From positions 17,360,001-17,424,000 of the forward strand of contig OZ024754.1 of assembly GCA_964016885.1 (NCBI GenBank): DNA of 64,000 nucleotides, written 5' to 3'. Positions 1-13,210 of this stretch are shown in pieces; within the stretch, counting starts at the first letter, position 1, and the number at the start of each line of letters is the position of its first letter. The notes beneath the pieces were generated by a model, which saw nothing but the letters and a program-made list of their open reading frames with translations, ran no database searches and was not told where the DNA came from. A program made the position numbers and the translations under genes. The stretch comes from Eledone cirrhosa. Taxonomy: Eukaryota.

Positions 1-19
1 TTCAGCATACGCCTCTAAA

Positions 20-2350
20 ATGGAAAGGCACCAATTGGATATGTCGTTAAAAAACATACCTATTCAGGCAAAAAGGGAATCTATTCTAGGTATGATACGA
101 AGGACCAATGATTTTATTCGACAAATCAGATGGAAAACATTCCATTTTGACAAAAGCCGTATAAACCAAACATCGGATCTTAACAAGGATAAATTTGGAT
201 TTAAATCTTACAAGAACCCACCCTCAAACCCACTTTTGGATGCATTTGAAGAAGACCTAATGGATATGATCATGGAGATCAAATTTACAAAACGGAAGAA
301 CAATAAACTACAGAATTACATCACTGCACTGCTCAATAATCTAAAAAACGCCAATGGAATTATTGTTAGAGCAGACAAAACATCAAACGTATATACCATG
401 GATGTGGACACTTACAATAACTTCATCCGTAAGGAATTGCATAAAAAATACAGGAAAACTAATGAAGCTACACTTAAAAACATCAACAACTCGGCATGTG
501 ATATTGTTAAAAAACTTTGTATTGACGATAGAACGCAACCCTTAACACCAGCTATACCATCCTTCAACCTGAAGGACCACAAGGTAAACTTCGATACTAA
601 CCCTAATATTAGACTTATATGCCCCTCTAAATCTGATATAGGCAAAATTAGCAAATATATACTAGACAGAATTATCCCCCAAGTTAAGGTTAAAGTAGAG
701 ATTAAACTATGGGGTAACACTCATGAAGCAATAAGATGGTTTAATAACATTACTGATAAGAAAAAAATCAAAATTTATTCAGTTTGATATTGATGAATAT
801 TATTCCTCAATTTCACCTGATACTCTACATGAAGCTCTTTCGTTTGCTAAGGATAATTCCAACCTTACGGATGCTGAAATTAAAATTATTATGGAAGCGA
901 GGAAAACTATAGTTAAATTCGATGATAGCTACTGGGTTCGCAAAGATAGACCTTCTAATTTTGATATCACTATGGGTTCTAATGATTCGGCGGAAGTAAC
1001 AGATCTTGTGGGAATTTATATCACCCACAGATTACAAGGAAAATTCAAGGATCTCCACGGTGGAATCTACCGTGACGATGCGCTCCTATTAGTTAAGCAT
1101 ATGAATAACCAGAATTTAGAAAGGATGCGTAAAAATATCTGAAAGCTTTTTAAGGAACTAGGATTAAATATTACATTTGAATATAACCTCAAAGAGGTCA
1201 ATTTCCTTGATGTTACTTTCAATCTCAATACAGATACGATTAAACCGTTCCATAAACTAAATGAGAACCTTAAATATGTAAATACGAGTTCTAACCATCC
1301 ACTCTCTATAATTAAATCCATCCCTAGAAATGTTTCTCTTAGAATCTCCCGCCTATCGTCCAACCAACAAACCTTCAAAGAACATGCCGAATATTATGAT
1401 GATGCACTTAGGAAAGCCGGTCACCTAGATAATATAGAGTATATAGTCAAAGATCACCAAAACACCCAAAATAAATCCCATAGGAGTAGAAATAGCACAG
1501 AATCACCACCATACATACACTACCGCAATAGGCACAATAATAGTCGCACACCACCAAACAGAAGGCGATGTAAGGAGTATATTTGGTACAACCCGGTCTA
1601 TAACAACTCTATTAAAACCAATCTACCCTCAAAATTCTTTCGATTAGTTAAAAAACACTTTCCAACATCACATAAATATAATAAAATCTTAAACCCTAAC
1701 ACTATTCGACTTTCATATTCAACCGCCCCTAATATTGAACAACATATAAAAAAGCTTAACGCAAAACGGTTGTATAAACGCCTTCCAACACATAACAATA
1801 CACGTAAAACATTAGCTATAACATCACAAAACAACAAACAACATCCTGTCCTACATAAGCAACCTCATCAACCCATCCATGGCAATACAACAACGCAAAA
1901 TTATAATTGCAACTGTGTCCAACCAGGAATGTGTCCGTTGAACAATCAGTGTCTTGAACGCAACATCGTATACAAATGTACTATCGAATCGGATAGACAG
2001 AAGTGGTACTATGTGGGATCTACAGCCACCTCCTTCAAATCACGCCTTTATAGACATCGTTACTCGATAAAACATGAAAACCAGCGTTATGTAACAACAC
2101 TCGCAGACAAGGCTTGGCAGCTGCGTGAAAATAACCAACAATTTCACCTAAAATGGGATATAATAGCGACTGCCCCCCCCCCCCCCCCCCCATATCCAAT
2201 GGACAGGAATTTTGTAAATTATGTAATGTAGAATTATTTTGTATTATGAAATCCAAAAACATTTTATTAAATAACAGAATAGAGCGATCGTTATACTGTA
2301 ACCATCGCTTAAAATCTACATTTTCATATTATAAATACTACCAGGATTGA
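20..2350 (+). pseudogene. PLE RT + GIY-YIG endonuclease, frameshifted
   Basis: SLKNIP, ADKT, RLICPSKSDIG, QFDI, MGSNDSAEVTDLVG, YRDD, NFLDV, SNHP, CNC-x5-CPL-x3-C, NIVY..YYVGST, FKSRLYRH, CKLC, CNHR; frameshifts near 770 and 2180; in-frame TGA at 1140. Confidence 0.9.
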
Positions 2351-2823
2351 ACGCCTGTCTCTATCCCCGTTTGATTGTCAAAATAGATATTAACATTCTT
2401 TATTAGTCTTAATTCTATCAACTCTTCTATTATTTACCTTTTAATACAAACTGCTATAGATAAAATGAGATTTCTGATTTCTTGATTCAATTCCCTAATG
2501 CATATACCAGCTGGCTACTAGCATTGATGTTATTTGGTAGCAATCGAAATCTCCCCCTTCCCCAATTGACACTTTATAATTTATACTGCTGCACCAAATG
2601 ACCAGCCCTGTCCACTGTCCAGTTGGTCAAGTAGAGATTAAAATTGGCACTCCCAAAATTCTTATTTAGATTTACTCATGGTATTCTCATTAGAAACCCA
2701 TTATATACTTGTTTAGCAGTAAATTAATTTACCATCTGTCATATACCATCCCCTCTGTTTCTTCCTCTATTACTAATATAAATACTTCAATTTTTCTGAT
2801 TTTATCCAATTTATCCAAAATCT

Positions 2824-2932
2824 CTGAAGAAGTGACAACTGATTATACATTTGCTATCGAATACTTGCTAACATTATATGATTACGCAAGCAGCGTTACA
2901 TAGGTATTCCGTCTGTTACAGAAACATATGTC
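2824..2932 (+). ncRNA. Hammerhead-like motif with long stem II insertion, stem I decayed
   Basis: CTGAAGA-aGTGACA...TGTTACa-GAAAC-atat-GTC; palindromic ACATATGT stem III; inner CTTGC/GCAAG hairpin. Confidence 0.55.
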
Positions 2933-2990
2933 AATACCTAATAAATTCCTTTTTTTAAAAAAAGCACTTTCATTTTATATTCATCCTTTC

Positions 2991-3023
<33 letters not shown>

Positions 3024-3300
3024 GTATATATATATGTATATATATATATATACACACACACACACATACATACACATATCCCCGCATATATGCATAATAT
3101 ATATATATGTACTCGTATATATATATATATATATACATATATATACATATATATACACACATACATGCATACATACATACACACACATGCATACACATAC
3201 CTGTACACCTACAGACATACAGACATATACATATACATACATACACATCTATACACACATATGTATACACATCTACACAAGTATTTAAGTTCACATATAC
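2991..3300. repeat. Compound (TA)n/(CA)n/(TACA)n microsatellite
   Basis: Directly visible. Confidence 0.95.
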
Positions 3301-3399
3301 ATTGGGTGGAGGTGGGGTAATTAGTGAAATGTTAGTGTACCTCCGAGGGTTGTTCTCTTCAACGATCGAATGTTTGAAAGTGTGGATATTTTTCTTTTC

Positions 3400-5270
3400 T
3401 CAATATGCGACCATCGGCACAGTCAAATATTGCAGAGACGAAACACAAACGCAACATTCCTACAGACCAATTGCTAACACTAAACAAGCTACAAAAAGTG
3501 TCGTCAATGATCATAAAAGAAGCTGACAAAGGGGGAGCAATCGTCATCATGGACAAAAACCACTACAATGATATGGTCCTAGAACAGTTGAATGACGAGG
3601 TATTTTACAGGAAAATCAGCAAAAATGAAGAAAGAAAATCTTTGACTAAAGTAGGCAAACTGACGAAAAAGTATCAAAATAACCTCACGCTAAAGAAAAT
3701 CAATCACTTAACCAACTTCGAAATGAAAACCAGCAATTTTTATGGATTGCCGAAAGTTCACAAATCCAGAGAAATCCAAAACAACATAAAAGGCAAAAAT
3801 ACATCATATGTTGAAGTACCAAAACCGACAGATTTAAAATTACGCCATATTGATGCTGGTCCAGCCTCAAGCATACAACGTCTAAGCAACCTATTAGACA
3901 TCATACTGAAACCCTTAAGTAAAAAAAGTGCCAAGTTTTAATAGAGATGATATGGAATTCCTGAACTATATCCCCCAGAAAGTACACCAAGAAACTATCC
4001 TAGTCAGCTTTGACGTAACATATATACTAACATCCCACACGACTGAGGAATTGAAGCTGTTGACTTCTGGATTACAAAACATCCAGATTACATTTCAGAG
4101 AGATTCATAAAATAAGTTTATGTTGGAAGGACTCAAATTAGTATTGGAGAACAACCATTCCTCTTTGATAACGAATTTACAAATAAAAGGAACGGCCATG
4201 AACACCAAAGTATCCCCAACATATTCAACACTCGTTATAGGTCACCTAGAGGCAAAATTATATTCCCAGCTGCCGGAAACATTCAGTCACCACTACGCCA
4301 CCTACATTAATAACAATTGGAAACGTTACCTAGACGACTGCTTTATCTTCTGGAATAGAAGCCAAGAAGACCTGCAAAGATTCCATTTCATCATAAACAA
4401 TCTTCACGAAGAAATAAAATTCACCATGGAATGTAATAAAAAGGAACTGCTATTTCTGGATATCCTTATCATTAAAGAAGCGGAAAATATCAAAATAGAC
4501 CTATTTTACAAACCAACAGACACACACCAATACTTGAATTTCCGATCAGCACACCCCTCACGTACCAAAAGGAACATTCCCTTTAACATGGCAAGACGCA
4601 TCTGCACCATTGTAACACACCCCACACTACAGGAAAAAAGATTATATGAACTAAGAGTTCCTTAAAAGACAAGAATATCCGGTGAACCTCATCAATACGG
4701 CCATCTCCAAGGCCCAGATCATTCCACTGACAACACTGAGAAAAACAAACCAACAAAATAAAAGGGTAAAACAGTTATCCATTTTGTCGTCACTCACAAT
4801 CCAAGGAACTTCAACATTGTGAAAGCCGCTAAACAGTATCTCCCAATTCTCCAGCAATCCCCCAAAATGAATGCACACAAATAATATATAGTAGACGCCA
4901 AGCACCCAACCTAAAAAAACTGCTTACCAAGGTGAAATTTACGTCTGACAATGAAGCAATGTAAGTTAAGAAATGCGAGGACCTTCAATGCGGAACTTGT
5001 TAATACATTGAAGTGGGTGGGAAAATCTCCTTTAAAAACAACCAGATTTTCAAAGTTAATGCAAACATGAATTGCAAAACAAAAAACTTAATTTACTGTG
5101 CAACCTGCCCACAATCTAAAGAATACTACATTGGTGAAACCGGAACGGGTCTACATGACAGGGCTTGTGTACATAAACAACAAATTAGAGACCCATCTGT
5201 CAGAAACACCACATGCAGTGAACACTTCGCATCATGCGGAAAGGGAAAATTCACAATCTTCCATATCTTC
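3400..5270 (+). mobile_element. Neptune-like PLE, 5'-truncated, multiply frameshifted
   Basis: IIKEADKGGAIVIMD, FYGLPKVHK, LVSFDV, GTAM, RYLDDCF, FLDI, YKPTDTHQYL, KRNIPF; Cys linker (KKCEDLQCGTC); NLIYCATC..YYIGET..H..SEHF GIY-YIG. Confidence 0.85.
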
Positions 5271-7960
5271 TGTTGTCTCTGGATCTGGTGTTGGTGAACT
5301 ATGGGGCCTCACTCATATCCACCCATATACAGTTGAGCCTAGCACCCAGGCCGATGACAACCAGTCACTCGCCTTTGATGCCGCTTGGTGCCCCAATCCC
5401 CGGCTCCACGCCCCATCCTCCATCTCCACCAGTCGACACCTGCAGTACTTGCAGCACCACGGAAAGGCGGAAGAGGGGCCGGAACTGTTCTGGGTGCGGC
5501 TGTTTCCACCACTTCGCTTGTGTTAGCTTGACTCGTCGAGCCTCCAGTGCCTCGCAGCGTGGAGATGCAGAAACTGTCTCTTCCTCTCGTCTGCCCAGCC
5601 ACGGCCGTCTGGCACACCACCAGATGAGACAGCGAGCTTGTCTGATGCTCAAGTCAAGTCTCACTGGTCAACATCGCTCGGCTCAGGCGGCTCCGGAAGA
5701 TTCTGCTCAGGATCCCGAGAGCAGCCCGGATGCCGATAGACGATGCCCTCGCTTCCTCAATTGAGAGGGCCCTGAACTTTAATCGAGCCAGCGATTGGGA
5801 GCGCCTCTTTTATTTTTCCCCACTCGCTCTCGGCCACCCTAACTCTGGCGCTGACTGAGGCCGGCCTATTGACAGCAGCCTTTGTCAAGGCCAATATTAC
5901 GACCTTTGGGCAAGCGCCCATCCCAAGCATGCCGAAAGACGCCACGCCCTCTGCTCTCGGGTGTCTTCAATCCGCCACCCCTGAGGCCAGCGCCAAGCAT
6001 TTACGGGATCGCGTAAACGCCAAACTAATGATGGTTGATGTCTCGGCTTCAGTCAGAGTGGCTGCCTCAGAGGACACTGTCCTCCAACCCACCGAGGAGG
6101 TCCTGGCTGCCATGCGATTCAAGCACCCTGAGCCACCCGCTGACCTTAGACCCATACCCCCACCTGATCTTCACTTGCTTCTTTTGGCCACCCCAAGGAG
6201 TTGTTATCCCCCTCCCCGCTGAGATCGGGCGCCGCCTTCTGAGTGCAATTGTGGCATTCTGGCCTGAGGCCTCTTTTTTTCGGCTAACCTGACCGCTCTC
6301 AGGAAGAAAGAGGGGGTCATACACCTCATCGCTGTGGGCAATGTCTTCCGGAGGCTGGCTGCTAAGGTGGTCTGCAGATCCATCAGTCCTGAACTGGGTG
6401 AGGAGTTCAGTCCTGTGCAACTGGGTGTCGGCGCGTCCGGTGGCTGTAAGGGGGCCGCACATGCAACACCAGAAAGTTCTTCAACAGCTGCCCACCGGAA
6501 CCGGCATCCAGGGACGCCAGTCACCTCATTGTCAAGCTTGACACGAGGAATGCCTTCAACTGCATACGCCGTGACCATCTGCTCGATGCCTGCCTCAGCC
6601 GAGCCCCCTCTGCCTACCCGCTGGCCTACCTGTCATATGGAGCCCCGAGCAAGCTTCTTGCTGCTGATACGGTCATACCTTCAGCCATTGGGGTCCAACA
6701 GGATGACGCTTTGAGCCCCCTCCTGTTTGCTCTTGGTATAGACCACAGTGTCCGGAGTATCACGGCCCTTCTCAACATTTTGTACCTGGATGATGCTACG
6801 TTGAGCGGGCATGTAGAGACTGTCTGAGCGGGCATGTAGAGACAGCTGCGGAGATATGCAACGTCAGGTTTGACGACAATGGATGGAAACAGGCCACCTT
6901 ACCTGTTAGATATGGTGGCCTTGGCCTCCGGTCCCCGATCTCGCTGGCTTTGCCCGCGTTTCTTTCGTCGGTAACCTCATTCCGCGTCCTCGTCAGCAGG
7001 GTTCACTAAAACACAATTCAACCCTCCGTGGTCGAGGATCGTTAGGCCGTCTGCGAGACGTGGGACCGGCTGGAACTTAGCCAATTAGACGCCCCTCCCT
7101 CTGCTGACGTCAAGTCCATCAAAAGCATTTGGGATGCCATCCAATCCAGCCTGGCCTCATACAGGCTCACGCGCCAGCTCGACCAGCATCGCTTTGCCTG
7201 CTTTCGTACGGCCTCCAAACGTCACAGTCGTGCCTGGCTCCATGCCTTGCCCTCCTTCTCCACTAGCACGCAGTTGGACAACGATAGCCTGCGCATCGAC
7301 GTTTCCCTGAGGCTTGGCCTCCGGATCTGCGAGCCACACAAATGTCGCTGTGGATTCACCGTAGACTCTTTCGGCCTCCAACCACTTTTCTGTCGCTACA
7401 GTGCCGGCCGCCTTCCACACTATGCTGCCCTCAACGAGGTCATAAAGTATGGCTTGGATGCTGCAGGCTTCCCTTCCCAGCTCGATCCAGTGGGACTGGA
7501 CCGAGGGGACGGCAAAGGCCAGACAATATGACCATCTTCTTGTTCTGCGGTGGCAAACCCCTTATCTGGGATGCCACTTGCATTGACACTTTCTCCAGCC
7601 GCAACCTGGTGCAGTCTGCGACTAACCCAGGTTCTGCTCCACTTCGGGCTGAGGAGGCCAAACTTTCCAAGTACCGGTCGCTCTCCGACAGGTTTGCGGT
7701 TGTGCCCTTGGCAATGGAGACTTCTGGTGTCCTTGACCCTAGGGCTATCTCCCTACTCACCACCATAGGCGCTGACCTGACAAGCCGCAGGTGTGAGCCT
7801 CGCGAGATGGAATGGCTCTTCCAGCGTATCTCCCTTACCATCCTCCGGGGAAACGCCTCCTCCATTCTGTCCGCCGGGCCTGTGGGGAGGCCAGCACGCG
7901 GGACCACATTTGCTCACCATACAGGGAGATGGGGAGGGCGAGAGAGATGGGGGAGATGAC
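5271..7960 (+). mobile_element. CRE-like non-LTR retrotransposon (RT + restriction-like endonuclease), degenerate and internally deleted
   Basis: GC-rich; IAVGNVFRRLAAK, QLGVG, NAFN, GVQQDDALSPLLF, YLDDATL; RLGL-x-C..CxCG, DRGDGKRPD, LIWDATCIDT, PLAMETSG, LFQRISLTILRGNA; N-terminal Cys cluster (CSTC..CSGC..H..C). Confidence 0.8.
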
Positions 7961-8604
7961 GGTGGGAGTTAGGCTCTTCCGTGTTCGGACACATTGCAAC
8001 TGTCAAGAGTGTATTTTCATACTTGTGACGAACATTGTGAATTCCTATTTATAGTTTGAATCCTTAGAAAGCAAGAAATCCTTATTCTGCAAGACTAGAC
8101 AAAAGGAGTGAGCCAATAGGAAAGCCAACAATAGCACAAAAGCTCTATCTGGCCATTATATTTTATTCACCAAAGATCGTCTATTGAAATGGAACCAGCA
8201 GGAGGATACTTTTACAATCCCTTTTTAAAACACTCCTTAAACACCCCCAACACTTCCCAACTCCACTCCCAATCAATTATCTTGCTCTTACTATTCTCTA
8301 GTTTCTGTATATATATGCTTTAGTTCCTTTAAATCCTCATCAACACTGCTTCACTCCCACACTCATTACCCCCCCCCCCCCTCCAGACACACCCAAATCT
8401 CTTATATATAAAGAGAACCTGAGATCAGTTTGACAATCGCCACCGACGAATGCGAGAAAGTTCTCCAGGAGAGTTAACCAGAAATCTTTAAAATATCTCC
8501 CCAACGAAGTTAACAAAACACTTAATAGATCTACAAAACGAAATTGTAAAATTATATTATGAAATTAAATTGTTTAGAACTACAAGTGAAGTTATTCTTT
8601 TCCT

Positions 8605-8605
8605 T

Positions 8606-8693
<88 letters not shown>

Positions 8694-8702
8694 TGTGTGT
8701 GT
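8605..8702. repeat. (TA)n-(TG)n microsatellite
   Basis: Directly visible. Confidence 0.95.
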
Positions 8703-8868
8703 AAACTAAATGAAAAAGATGTATGTATATATATAGAGAAAGAACCATATATCGTATAGGAAACGTAGTACATTGTATATATACCAAATACATATTCCAT
8801 AGAAGAATATATATATATATATAGGGAGAGACAAAGCAGGCTTTCTTTAGAAATGGCTAGTGAATTTG

Positions 8869-9244
8869 AAAATTAGGTAGTAACATGTGCTTACGCCGTA
8901 TTTGATTAAATAGAATTAGTCTGTTAGTTGGGATTTAAAAACCCCTCTGAATGGGAAAAAAAGGATGAGTATTGACGTACATGGGACTCGAACCCAGATC
9001 CTTGGTTTGCCGGACCAATGTGTTAACATTACACCAACACGCCACCCATGCATCCTTCCATTTAATTAGAAGCTGTGTGTTGGTGTAATGGTAACACATT
9101 GGTCCGGCAAACCAAAAATGTCGGTTCGTATCCTATGTACGTCAATACTCATCCTTTTTTCCATTCAAAGGGTTTTTTTAAAATCTCAACAGACTAATTC
9201 TATTTAGTGAAATACGGCGTAAGCACATGTTACTACCTAATTTT
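8869..9244. repeat. Inverted repeat of two back-to-back ~170-bp units, each headed by a tRNA-like sequence
   Basis: 8869-9040 is the reverse complement of 9077-9244 with scattered mismatches; ~35-nt spacer; (TA)n on both sides. Confidence 0.9.
8973..9043 (-). pseudogene. tRNA-like cloverleaf (GGC in anticodon position, non-canonical loop CCGGCAA) followed by an oligo-T run
   Basis: GGCGTGT-TGGTGTAATGTTAACAC-A-TTGGT-ccggcaa-ACCAA-GGATC-TGGG-TTCGAGT-CCCA-TGTACGTCA; A- and B-box-like motifs; mirror copy at 9075-9144 (+). Confidence 0.6.
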
Positions 9245-9286
9245 TATATATGTATATATATATATATATATGGCATATATATATAG

Positions 9287-9406
9287 CTGGCATATCTAAG
9301 AACTGACTAACTGCTTGATGAGGTCATAGCCATTCAATGGCTATCATCGAAATATATATACCAGTAAATAACGGATTATGAGTTCATGAAATTGACTTAT
9401 GTTTCG

Positions 9407-9410
<4 letters not shown>
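9287..9410 (+). mobile_element. Decayed 3' fragment of HHR family A (HHR at 9310-9365, C3->U)
   Basis: ACTGC-TTGATGA-GGTCATAGCCA-ttcaa-TGGCTATCATC-GAAA-TATATATA-CCAGT; homologous to 17228-17282. Confidence 0.7.
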
Positions 9411-9453
<43 letters not shown>

Positions 9454-9561
9454 ATGTATATCGACAGTCGATCGATTTTCGTGAAATCGGACCGAGGAAA
9501 CAATGTTTCCATTAGTCTTTCTAATTGCTAATACTAGCTATCGGTCGCAATTCCAGGTAAA

Positions 9562-9683
9562 AGGAGCAACGTGAAATAAAGTGTCTTGCTCAAGGACATA
9601 ACACATCGCCAGGTCTGGGAATCGAATTCACAACCTCACGATTGCGAATCCAATTCTCTAACCACTGAGCCACGCGCCTTCAC
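9562..9683 (-). mobile_element. tRNA-derived SINE, second family (CORE/V-like domain), 5' part
   Basis: Minus strand GGCGCGTGGCTCAGTGG A-box, B-box-like motif, TGTCCTTGAGCAAGACACTTTATTTCACG; related copies 14315-14445 and 15520-15630. Confidence 0.75.
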
Positions 9684-9702
9684 ATATATGTGTATATATA
9701 TA

Positions 9703-9815
9703 TATAACAAAGGAAGTGTGGTAAGGAACCAGGTGGACCATAACGCACCAGAGTACTCGATACTTACGGTAGCAGAGTGGGTAATAGGAAAAGAATCAGG
9801 ATCCCTGACTCTTTT
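9703..9815 (-). mobile_element. Terminal fragment of a (TA)n-anchored PLE-type family (also 20242 and 41407)
   Basis: TATAAC(G/A)AAGGAA(G/A)TGTGGTAAGGAACCAGGTGGACCATAACGCACCA shared by three loci, each abutting (TA)n. Confidence 0.7.
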
Positions 9816-9944
9816 CCTATATATATATATTAGGATTGGTGCTCTGAAATAGTGATGTATACATGTATGTATGTATAGTATATTTGGCAATATACCGTAT
9901 GTTTAATTAAAAACATTTAGAAGACCATAAGCCATCAGTTTTAA

Positions 9945-10745
<801 letters not shown>

Positions 10746-10820
10746 TTTTAAATCAACATATGTTGATTTAAAACTGCACTATTCACAAGTGGTTTTTAAC
10801 CTTCATATCATGTCTTCCTA

Positions 10821-10887
10821 TTTTATCTGATGAAAACACAAATATTATTGCATGATGATATTTGTTTTTGAAATGCGCATAATAAAA
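10821..10887 (+). ncRNA. Type I hammerhead ribozyme in a short PLE-type 3' end (10745-10920)
   Basis: TTTTAT-CTGATGA-AAACACAAATATTA..TGATATTTGTTTTT-GAAA-TGCGCA-TA-ATAAAA; palindromic loop III, AUA cleavage triplet. Confidence 0.85.
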
Positions 10888-10919
10888 TACATGGAACTCT
10901 TTTAACCATCTTTTGATCT

Positions 10920-11100
<181 letters not shown>

Positions 11101-11366
11101 AATGTGTATGCAATGTGTTTTCCAAGAGAAAGAGAATCCATAGAAGATGTTACAGTATGTTTCTCAATCTTATGAGTTATGTAATGGTTCCAATATATTA
11201 CGTAACTTCGTCAAAATGGCAACTGACGTTCTACATGTTTGTGGAAATGTGTATTGTGCATGGTGTCAACGTTTAGAGGTTGTTGCTCTGCTTTACAATC
11301 TGAACAATACATGTTGGGCTTCTTCATTCAATGAAACTTCATAATTATTGGATTGTGAGAGTATAC

Positions 11367-11442
<76 letters not shown>

Positions 11443-11595
11443 ATGTGGTGGTGGTGGTGGTGGTGGTGGTGGTGGTGGTGGTGGTGGTGGTGGTGGTGGT
11501 GGTAGTGGTAGTAGTAGTGGTGGTGGTGGTGGTGGTGGTGGTAGTGGTGGTGGTGGTACTGGTGGTAGTAGTGGTAGTAGTGGTGGTGGTGGTAC

Positions 11596-11644
<49 letters not shown>

Positions 11645-11712
11645 CGTTGTGGTGGTAGTGGTGATGGTGGTGGTGGTGGTGGTCGTGCTGCTGCTGCTGC
11701 TGCTGCTACTAC

Positions 11713-11785
<73 letters not shown>

Positions 11786-11849
11786 GGTGGTGGTTGTAGT
11801 AGTAGTGGTGGTGGTGGTGGTTGTAGTAGTAGTAGTGGTGGTGGTGGTT

Positions 11850-11917
<68 letters not shown>

Positions 11918-11954
11918 TTTAGTAGTAGAAGTAGTAGTAGTGGTGGTGGTGGTT

Positions 11955-11993
<39 letters not shown>
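11367..11993. repeat. Compound (GTA)n/(GTG)n/(GCT)n trinucleotide tract, ~630 bp
   Basis: Directly visible; yields spurious poly-V/S/G/T/L/P ORFs. Confidence 0.95.
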
Positions 11994-12277
11994 AGCCTAT
12001 GCATGTTTCAGCCGACACTTCATATAAATAAACTGATATATACACAGGCATATGGCATACTCTTTGATGACCGATGACTCTTTTGAGTTAATTCGCCCTT
12101 TGACAGGTTTTATTTTTCCTAAGCTACAGTGCCCCAAAATAACTCTCCTCGCCAAGCAAGCGTGTAGGGTCCCCCTGTGTGTCGTTGGTTATATACTAGA
12201 AGCTCTAGTAGGGTCGAACTGAAAGGTGGAGCATTAAATACCAGTAGTGTATAGATTTTCATTTATTATTCATGTTA

Positions 12278-12440
12278 AATCGGTAAAGCATCGGTAGAAA
12301 TGTTTTGCGGTATTTGGTTCCAATTTTCTAGGATTTTCATCTTTCCGGGATCGATAAAATAAAGTACCAGTCAAGTACTGGGGTCGACACAATCCAATTT
12401 ACCATTCCCCCATTGTGCCAATGCTAGAAATTATTATTTA
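12278..12440 (+). mobile_element. Major tRNA-derived SINE family, old copy
   Basis: TTTCATCTTTCCGGGATCGATAAAATAAAGTACCAG core, ATTATT tail; further old copies at 12825-12900, 13345-13535, 14875-15025, 15190-15358, 18900-19095, 49752-49805, 59735-59860. Confidence 0.75.
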
Positions 12441-12452
12441 TGTCACATAATA

Positions 12453-12455
<3 letters not shown>

Positions 12456-12542
<87 letters not shown>

Positions 12543-12543
12543 G

Positions 12544-12576
<33 letters not shown>
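12456..12576. repeat. (TG)n microsatellite
   Basis: Directly visible. Confidence 0.95.
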
Positions 12577-13113
12577 ATAAGCCAGTGTAAAACAATGTCA
12601 TGCAGCAAATAAAGATCGGTAAAAGTAATGCCAGAAGCACACTACGTAGGGTGAGGGTGGCGTTACAATGAACTAAAAACTGTCGAAGCGAGTGCCCCAG
12701 CATAGCCGAGGTTCAATGAATGAAATCAATTAAAAAAATTAAAAGAATAAAACAATTACAAAACGTCAGACGAAATCAATATTCTTCAGCACTGACAGTA
12801 TCTTTTATGAACATCAGTAGTGTTTATTATATCGATAAAATAAAGTACCAGTAATGCACTGGGTAATTGCTGGCCTTGTGCCTAAAGTAGAAACAATTAT
12901 TTTTGTTCTGTCGGAGATAAAGAGAGCGGCTTTAGAGTGGTTTTGTGTGTAAGCATAGCACTAGAGAGTTTGTATTAAATATCTATTACAATAGAGAATT
13001 AATCCAATCAATAATAGAAGAATAAGTTCAGTAAATAGCAGTGGGAATTGACCAACTTGTCATCTCAACATAGAGGATTCTTTTCGTTTAATCACTCGAA
13101 TAATATACTAAAT

Positions 13114-13210
13114 TACAATGGAACCTTGGTCAACAAACTTAATTCGTTCCAGAAGGCCGTTCGTCATCCGAAATGTTCGTAAACCTAAACTGGGTTTTTC
13201 ATACGAAATG
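13114..13210 (+). mobile_element. pogo/Tigger-like terminal fragment
   Basis: TA + CAATGGAACCTTGG..AACTTAATTCGTTCCAGAAG, resembling a Tigger-type TIR. Confidence 0.5.

Larger units (their letters stand above)
1..2990 (+). mobile_element. Penelope-like element (C-terminal GIY-YIG, probably Hydra-type clade), degenerate, ending at a (TA)n tract
   Basis: RT-EN ORF fragments, AT-rich 3' UTR, HHR-like motif at 2824-2932, AATAAA at ~2940, then (TA)n. Confidence 0.9.

Noticed and set aside
1140-1142. In-frame TGA in the PLE ORF (also ~32050) as selenocysteine
   Set aside because: These are single TGAs in copies with other lesions or truncation, and no SECIS was recognised. Known Sec-coding PLEs are N-terminal-EN Naiads, so point mutation is simpler.
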